From: a virus
UHGV virus genome: UHGV-0125291
Strand: one strand, 5' to 3'
DNA: 13,212 nucleotides
Part shown: in pieces, positions 5,671 through 13,212 of the stretch
Layout of the letters: every line of letters starts with the position of its first letter
How positions within the stretch are numbered: the stretch's first letter is position 1
Program-made: the position numbers and the translations under genes
Notes under the pieces: model-generated
The model's database searches: none
What the model was told of the DNA's origin: nothing
The model's input: the letters and a program-made list of their open reading frames with translations, nothing else

Positions 5671-8600
5671 CTATATTTTTCCGCCTACGCCTTTAAACTT
5701 CTCAATAAACGAGACGATTTTCTGGAAAACTGCCTGTTTTTTCGTTTTATATTGCGGATTTAAAGGACTGAGTCTGGGCAGTGTCTCGTTTAATTCCGTG
5801 CCATTTTCGGTGGCGTATTCGCGTTTTAAAGACGTGCGAATATAGCGTTTCGCCGCCTCTTCATTGAGATTTTCTTCTTTTATCAATGCTTCTGCTTCAC
5901 GTTGCTGTTCGCGTTGAGCAAACGTAAAGAATGCGTCAATGATGCTGGCTTTGTCCGGTAAATCATCCAGGTTCGTTTGCTGAATAAAATCGACCACCAG
6001 GCCCTCTTTAGCACGGTTCCCCAGGCTTGAACGAATTAAGCGTTTGACCTCTTCGATCATTTCGCCCTTGCCTTTATTTTGTCTGTTGTGTTCGAAAATC
6101 AGTCCAAGGATATAATCCAGGTTTATTTCCTGAGACTTCAGCAAATCGACCTCAAAAACTACGTCATCCCAGTCAGTGGTTGATTTCTCTTTTTTCTCAG
6201 CTTCTTTCTCACGGCGCTGCCAGTCGCGAATATCGTTATAGGCAGAACGATAATCCTGAATCTTGCGATCAGCAGGGAGACGAATTGTTTGCAATTCAGC
6301 GAACTTTTCATCATCCACATAATGTTCTGCTTTGAATTTTTCTACCGCAACAGGATCGCTAAGATCGATTTGTTGCAGGGCTTTCAGCGTGGCAAATTCA
6401 TCATAGTTTTGCAGGATGTTCTCGGCACGCAGGTATTCACCAAACAGTTTAACGAAGTCTTTCTTCTCTTTTTCACTTTCAATACTGGTAGGGTCAGGGA
6501 ACCGTTGTTCCAGTTCTGAAACTACTGTCATGAAGCCGCGTTTAGCTTCACCAGTGGCAGCATCAGTAAAGCCTTCCATATACTCTGCATAACTCTTTTC
6601 TAAAACCACATTTTTGGTGTTTTTGTCACCAAACAGCGTTATGGCATCAATAGTTGAGCGTTCCAGATCCCGGAAAGTGACGATATTACCGAAGGTTTTA
6701 GTTGCATCATAAATACGGTTGGTGCGGGAAAATGCCTGCATCAGGCCGTGAAAACGCAAGTTTTTATCGACGAATAGCGTGTTCAATGTTGGAGCATCGA
6801 AGCCGGTTAAAAACATCCCCACGACAATTAACAGATCGATATCCTGATTTTTAACCCGTTGGGCTAAATCGCGATAGTAGTTCTGAAAACCGTTACCGTC
6901 GGTGCTGAAGTTAGTTTTAAAATAGCTGTTATACTCACGAATTGCAGCGTCAAGAAACTCTTTAGCACTGCTGTCCATTGCGCTGGTATCAAAAGTTTCA
7001 TCGGAAATTTCACCAATGGCATTTTGTTCTTCATTGGCGGCAAAGGAGAAGATTGTCGCAACACGCAGCGGTTTATAGGTAGCCGATTTATTAGCTGCTT
7101 CCTCTTGTAACCGTTTAAACGTCGCATAATAGGCTTTCGCGGCATCCACGCTGCTCACTGCCAACATAGCATTAAAACCTTTTGAGCCAGGGAAGGTACG
7201 GTGAGTTTTCTGGCGGAAATTATTCAGAATATATTGCGTGATTTCCTGAATACGCATGGGATGAAGAAACGCCTGCTGATTTTCAGCCGCACTTAGTTTT
7301 TTCTCGTCAGTTTCTGTCTCTAAAGACTTAAACTGTGGCCGCACATCGTTGTAGTCCACCTTGAATTTGAGCACTTTTTCGTCACGAATCGCATCGGTAA
7401 TTACATACGAATGCAATTCACGACCAAATACGCTGGCGGTTGTTTCTGAGCCTAAGGCGTTTTCCGGGAAAATAGGGGTGCCGGTAAAACCAAACTGATA
7501 ATAGCGTTTGAATTTCTTCTTCAGGTTTTTCTGCGCTTCTCCAAACTGGCTGCGGTGGCATTCATCAAATATAAACACCACTTGCTGATTGTATACAGGC
7601 AGGTCGCTTTCTGCTTTCATCAGGTTATTGAGTTTCTGAATAGTAGTGACGATAATTTTGTTATCGTCCTTATCCAGATTTCGTTTAAGGCCTGCGGTAT
7701 TTTCCGAGCCGTTGACGCTGTCTGGCGAAAAACGCTGATATTCCTTCATGGTCTGGTAATCGAGGTCTTTCCTGTCGACCACAAAGAAGACTTTATCAAT
7801 AAAGTCCAGCTCTGTTGCCAGACGCGCGGCTTTAAAGCTGGTGAGGGTTTTACCAGAACCGGTAGTGTGCCAGATATACCCACCGCTTTCCGGTTTTGAC
7901 CAGTTCTTCGCTGTAAAGGAACTCTTAATTTTCCACAGAATGCGCTCGGTGGCGGCAATCTGGTACGGTCGCATCACCAGTAGCGTCTGACTACTGTCAA
8001 AAACGCTGTAGTTCACCAGAACATTCAGCAGAGTATGTTTCTGGAAAAAGGTAGCGGTAAAGTCTTTGAGGTCTTTAATCAGCGTGTTGTCTGATTTCGC
8101 CCAGTTCATGGTGAAGTCAAAACTGTTTTTATCGCGCTTTGTCGTGTTGGCAAAATAACGGGTATCGGTGCCGTTAGAAATGACAAACAGTTGCAGATAC
8201 TTAAACAGGGAATTTTCGCTGTTAAAACTCTCTTTACTGTAACGATGTATCTGGTTGAAAGCCTCACGAATCGCCACCCCGCGTTTTTTTAGTTCGATTT
8301 GCACCAGCGGTAAACCATTAACCAGGATCGTGACGTCATAACGGTTAGCATGAGAACCCGTCTGTTCAAACTGCTGGATAATCTGCACCTTATTGCGCAT
8401 GAGATTCTTTTTATCTATCAAATAGATGTTCTCAAGTCGCCCGTCGTCAAAAATAAAGTCGCAGATATAGTCGATATGGATTTTACGGGTCTTATCCAGA
8501 ATGCCATCGCTGGGGTTGTCCAGATACTGCTCCGTGAAGCGCCGCCACTCGCTGTCATTAAACATCACACCATTGAGGCTCTGAAGCTGTTCCCGAACAT

Positions 8601-8787
8601 TAGACAGCATTGCCGACTGTGATTTTACGGAAATAAATTCATAACCCTGATTCCGCAGGTCCTGAATCAGTTCACGTTCCAGGTCCGATTCGCTCTGGTA
8701 GCTGTCGCTTGTTTGCTCAGCTTTGATGTACTTATCAAGGACGATAAAGTTATTGGATTCAGCAATGGTGTGTGTTTGATGAGTCAT
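5671..8787 (-). CDS. hsdR: Type I restriction enzyme R subunit (HsdR), EcoR124 (Type IC) family
   Basis: 1038 aa. Walker A ([11 protein letters not shown]) and a DEAD-box-like motif (FDECH) are present. The N-terminus [24 protein letters not shown] matches EcoR124I HsdR as recalled. RBS AAGGA lies 5 nt before the ATG. Confidence 0.95.
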   Translation of the reverse strand: MTHQTHTIAESNNFIVLDKYIKAEQTSDSYQSESDLERELIQDLRNQGYEFISVKSQSAMLSNVREQLQSLNGVMFNDSEWRRFTEQYLDNPSDGILDKTRKIHIDYICDFIFDDGRLENIYLIDKKNLMRNKVQIIQQFEQTGSHANRYDVTILVNGLPLVQIELKKRGVAIREAFNQIHRYSKESFNSENSLFKYLQLFVISNGTDTRYFANTTKRDKNSFDFTMNWAKSDNTLIKDLKDFTATFFQKHTLLNVLVNYSVFDSSQTLLVMRPYQIAATERILWKIKSSFTAKNWSKPESGGYIWHTTGSGKTLTSFKAARLATELDFIDKVFFVVDRKDLDYQTMKEYQRFSPDSVNGSENTAGLKRNLDKDDNKIIVTTIQKLNNLMKAESDLPVYNQQVVFIFDECHRSQFGEAQKNLKKKFKRYYQFGFTGTPIFPENALGSETTASVFGRELHSYVITDAIRDEKVLKFKVDYNDVRPQFKSLETETDEKKLSAAENQQAFLHPMRIQEITQYILNNFRQKTHRTFPGSKGFNAMLAVSSVDAAKAYYATFKRLQEEAANKSATYKPLRVATIFSFAANEEQNAIGEISDETFDTSAMDSSAKEFLDAAIREYNSYFKTNFSTDGNGFQNYYRDLAQRVKNQDIDLLIVVGMFLTGFDAPTLNTLFVDKNLRFHGLMQAFSRTNRIYDATKTFGNIVTFRDLERSTIDAITLFGDKNTKNVVLEKSYAEYMEGFTDAATGEAKRGFMTVVSELEQRFPDPTSIESEKEKKDFVKLFGEYLRAENILQNYDEFATLKALQQIDLSDPVAVEKFKAEHYVDDEKFAELQTIRLPADRKIQDYRSAYNDIRDWQRREKEAEKKEKSTTDWDDVVFEVDLLKSQEINLDYILGLIFEHNRQNKGKGEMIEEVKRLIRSSLGNRAKEGLVVDFIQQTNLDDLPDKASIIDAFFTFAQREQQREAEALIKEENLNEEAAKRYIRTSLKREYATENGTELNETLPRLSPLNPQYKTKKQAVFQKIVSFIEKFKGVGGKI

Positions 8788-8908
8788 AGCGCATCCTTTG
8801 TGCCGCCTGGCAAGGGCCGGAAAGGCGTTAAGAGTGACTTCCGGCGCGTAAAAAATAGTCTATATACTGACCGGATGTTAAGGAGGCCCGGTCGGTAGCA
8901 ATGGTCAA

Positions 8909-10143
<1,235 letters not shown>

Positions 10144-10147
<4 letters not shown>

Positions 10148-11706
10148 GATTGCGCCTCGTCACCTTCAATCTTTGCCACAATTGCATCAATATCTTTACG
10201 CAACTGGTCGATTTTGCTGACCGTGGTTTTCAGCTCAGCATTCAGCTCACCGATATCGATAATTTCGCGGTTATCTTTCGCTTCCACATAGCTGCTCACC
10301 GACAGGTTATAGTCATTCGCGACAACAGTCTCAAACGTGACAGATTTTGCCAGATGAGCAACATCTTCCTTGCTGGCAAATACCTGCATAATCTGTTCGA
10401 TATGGGCATCGGTCAGGATATTGTTGTTGGTCTCTTTTTTGAACAGTTCGCTGGCGTCAATAAACTGAACGTTGGTATCCGTTTTATGTTTAGACAGAAC
10501 CAGAATGTTTACGGCAATGGTGGTGCCAAAGAACAGGTTCGGTGCCAGTGAAATCACGGTTTCGACATAGTTATTGTCGACCAGATACTGACGGATTTTC
10601 TGCTCCGCGCCGCCACGGTAAAAAATACCCGGGAAGCAGACAATCGCAGCACGACCTTTGGCCGAAAGATAGTTCAGCGCATGTAATACAAACGCAAAGT
10701 CAGCTTTGGATTTGGGGGCCAGAACGCCAGCCGGGGCAAAACGCTCATCGTTAATCAGCGTCGGGTCATCGCTGCCAATCCATTTCACCGAATACGGCGG
10801 GTTAGAAACGATGGCATCAAACGGTTTTTCATCTCTGAAGTGCGGCTCAGTCAGCGTATTGCCCAGCTTGATATCAAACTTGTCGTAGTTGATGTTGTGC
10901 AAAAACATGTTCATACGCGCCAGGTTATAGGTCGTATGGTTGATTTCCTGACCAAAAAAACCTTCTTCGATGATATGGTTATCAAACTGTTTTTTCGCCT
11001 GCAACAACAGTGAGCCGGAACCCGCTGCCGGGTCGTAGATTTTGTTAACGCTGGTCTGCCCGTGCATAGCCAGTTGTGCAATCAGCTTGGAGACGTGCTG
11101 CGGTGTAAAGAACTCGCCGCCTGACTTACCAGCATTCGCCGCATAGTTAGAAATCAGGAACTCATAGGCATCACCGAACAGGTCAATCTGATGTTCGTTG
11201 AAGTCACCAAGTTTTAACCCTTCAACCCCTTTCAGAACCGCAGCCAGGCGGGCATTTTTATCTTTAACGGTGTTACCCAGGCGGTTACTGGTGGTATCGA
11301 AATCAGCAAACAAACCTTTGATGTCAGCTTCTGAAGGGTAACCGTAAGCAGAACTTTCGATAGCAACGAAGATGCTGTTTAAATCTGCATTCAGTCTGTC
11401 ATTGGTATTTGCTTTCGCAGCTACGTTGCAGAAAAGCTGACTGGGGTAGATGAAGTAGCCTTTAGTTTTGATGGCATCGTCTTTAATGTCATCAGTAATT
11501 ACGCTGTCATCCAGTTTCGCATAACAGATACTGTCATCACCGGCTTCAATATAACTGGAAAAATTTTCGCTGATAAAACGGTAGAAAAGCGCGCCCAGAA
11601 CGTATTGCTTAAAATCCCATCCATCGACCGAACCCCTGACATCGTTAGCAATTTGCCAGATTTGACGATGAAGCTCTGCACGTTGTTGAATACTTGTCAT
11701 TTTCAT
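10144..11706 (-). CDS. hsdM: Type I R-M DNA methyltransferase subunit (HsdM), N6-adenine
   Basis: 520 aa. The AdoMet motif ([10 protein letters not shown]) and the catalytic NPPY motif (SNPPYS) are present. A second Met 2 codons in (ATG 11698-11700) is an alternative start. Confidence 0.95.
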
Positions 11707-11845
11707 CCACTTATTTCAGGCTTATGTAATTGGCGGTGATTCTACAGCAACTTGGATGCTTTAGCAGTTCGGACATTAGGCTACGAATGACCTGCCTAGA
11801 GGTTTGTTAAGCCGCAAAGTGCTGGTGCTTTATGCCTGTGAAGTT

Positions 11846-11873
11846 TATAATTGTGTACACATAACGAGTACAC
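11846..11873 (+). promoter_or_regulatory. phd-doc promoter -10 and Phd/Doc operator palindromes
   Basis: Consensus TATAAT (11846-11851) is followed immediately by the perfect palindrome TGTGTACACA (11852-11861) and a second GAGTACAC site (11866-11873), then SD GAGG (11874-11877). This is consistent with the autoregulated P1 phd-doc operator. The -35 is not confidently placed. Confidence 0.6.
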
Positions 11874-11882
11874 GAGGTGTTT

Positions 11883-12104
11883 GTGCAATCCATTAACTTC
11901 CGTACCGCGCGTGGCAACCTTTCTGAAGTGCTCAACAATGTTGAAGCCGGGGAAGAGGTTGAAATCACCCGCAGAGGCCGTGAGCCAGCAGTAATTGTCA
12001 GCAAGGCTACTTTCGAAGCCTACAAAAAAGCGGCGCTGGATGCTGAATTTGCATCCCTGTTTGACACCCTGGACTCCACCAACAAGGAACTGGTTAACCG
12101 ATAA
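11883..12104 (+). CDS. phd: Phd antitoxin (prevent-host-death), P1 type
   Basis: A GTG start at 11883 gives [73 protein letters not shown], 73 aa, matching P1 Phd as recalled. The ORF track starts 2 codons upstream at 11877. The stop TAA overlaps the doc ATG (TAATG). Confidence 0.9.
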
Positions 12105-12484
12105 TGAGGCATATATCACCGGAAGAACTTATTGCGCTTCATGATGCGAATATAAGCCGCTACGGCGGCCTGCCGGGAATGTCAGATCCGGGTAGGGCAG
12201 AGGCCATTATCGGGAGAGTTCAGGCCAGAGTTGCCTACGAAGAGATCACCGACCTTTTCGAAGTCTCCGCCACCTACCTGGTGGCTACAGCGAGAGGGCA
12301 TATATTCAATGATGCCAATAAGCGTACCGCGCTAAACAGTGCGCTGTTATTTCTACGCCGTAACGGGGTGCAGGTATTTGATTCACCTGAACTGGCAGAC
12401 CTTACCGTAGGGGCTGCGACCGGAGAGATATCTGTATCTTCTGTCGCCGACACGTTACGTAGATTGTATGGTTCTGCGGAGTAG
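12104..12484 (+). CDS. doc: Doc toxin (death-on-curing), Fic-fold kinase
   Basis: 126 aa with the Fic/Doc motif HIFNDANKR. It is translationally coupled to phd and the sequence matches P1 Doc as recalled. Confidence 0.9.
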
Positions 12485-12488
12485 ATTA

Positions 12489-12668
12489 ATGGCACGCAAA
12501 TACAACAAATTGTCCCGTGACGCGTTAAAGATGCTTCTTGATGGCGTGAGTCGCCGCAAGGTAAAGCAATACCTGGTTGGTAAGCAAATTGGTGCCAGGA
12601 CAGCTATTGCTGTGTTATGCCGTCAGGAAATGGTTGTGCTTAAACAGATAATGCCGGGCAGCAGATAA
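12489..12668 (+). CDS. small basic hypothetical protein (59 aa), in the position of P1 pdcA
   Basis: ATG 12489 is 7 nt after GGAG (12478-12481) and 4 nt after the doc stop. The ORF track start (12468) overlaps doc and is less likely. The identification with P1 pdcA is positional only. Confidence 0.5.
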   Translation: MARKYNKLSRDALKMLLDGVSRRKVKQYLVGKQIGARTAIAVLCRQEMVVLKQIMPGSR

Positions 12669-12695
12669 AGCCCAATCAGTGATTAAAGGTGTGAT

Positions 12696-13163
12696 GTGAA
12701 AGCCGTAATTACTCCCTTTGTACAGAAAGAGCTTGGCCTCGCCACGTTCAAAGTGGATCAGGAGGTCCGAAAGCTGGTGGAGGCTGGCCGTAAATTTATT
12801 ATGGAGCCGGTGCCGCGTGAGTTAATCGAGCACATGGAAGACGGCCTCGTTGTTACCGAGCAAACCATGGCAACAAATGAGGCGTTGCAGCCGTTTTTTA
12901 ACAGCGATGAACTGTTTCGCCGTATTGGTGGAATTGACGCGCTGGTGGCGTGGTTGCGCAGGAAAGAGGGGCAATGCCAGGCCGCAGATCGTAGCTGGTG
13001 TGACAACCATATTGTCCACGCAGAACGAGACAATAGCGCGGTGTTGTTGTGCTGGCATCACGATAACCATTACCGGATGCGTGGTTTTAATGAGCTGAAA
13101 GAAACGCTGCATAATAATCGCGTTAACTGGATACTGGATGTCGCCCGTCAGGAAATGGGGTAA
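12696..13163 (+). CDS. Cys/His-rich hypothetical protein (155 aa), in the position of P1 pdcB
   Basis: GTG 12696 is preceded by AAAGGTG. The C-terminal half carries C-x7-C-x3-H-x3-H...C-x-H-H, a possible metal-binding cluster. Function unknown. Confidence 0.6.
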
Positions 13164-13212
13164 TGACTCCAACTTACTGATAGTGTTTTATGTTCAGATA
13201 ATGCCCGATGAC

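Noticed and set aside
8713-8898. 61-aa plus-strand ORF spanning the hsdS-hsdR gap
   Set aside because: It overlaps the hsdR start region on the opposite strand, has no RBS and is low-complexity. More likely the gap holds the hsdR promoter, which I could not place confidently (TTGACC at 8903-8908 on the minus strand has no matching -10).
12468-12668. ORF-track start at 12468 for the gene after doc
   Set aside because: It would overlap the doc 3' end by 17 nt with no RBS. ATG 12489 has a GGAG at proper spacing and is preferred.

Overview
This 13.2 kb window reads as a P1-like phage or phage-plasmid segment from an enterobacterium, carrying a complete Type IC restriction-modification locus next to the phd-doc addiction module. 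That assignment is inference from the phd/doc protein sequences and three matches to the P1 C1 operator consensus, both recalled from memory; no search was run. Left part (1-5600, + strand): a tightly packed, partly translationally coupled gene chain comprising a VRR-NUC-like nuclease (5' partial), two tandem paralogs with a GxGPS motif, a lambda-type Ser/Thr metallophosphatase, a DxD-motif protein, a small ORF plus a 420-aa coiled-coil protein, and a HAD-type phosphatase, punctuated by two intrinsic terminators. Centre (5671-11706, - strand): hsdM-hsdS-hsdR of the EcoR124 family, with three tandem 12-bp repeats in hsdS. Right (11846-13163, + strand): the phd-doc promoter/operator, phd, doc and two downstream genes. 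The best candidates for an undescribed system are the operator-bracketed cassette at 3345-5406 and a 28-aa hydrophobic ORF at 5505-5591; neither can be assigned a function from sequence alone. No rRNA, tRNA, CRISPR array, transposase or integrase was seen.
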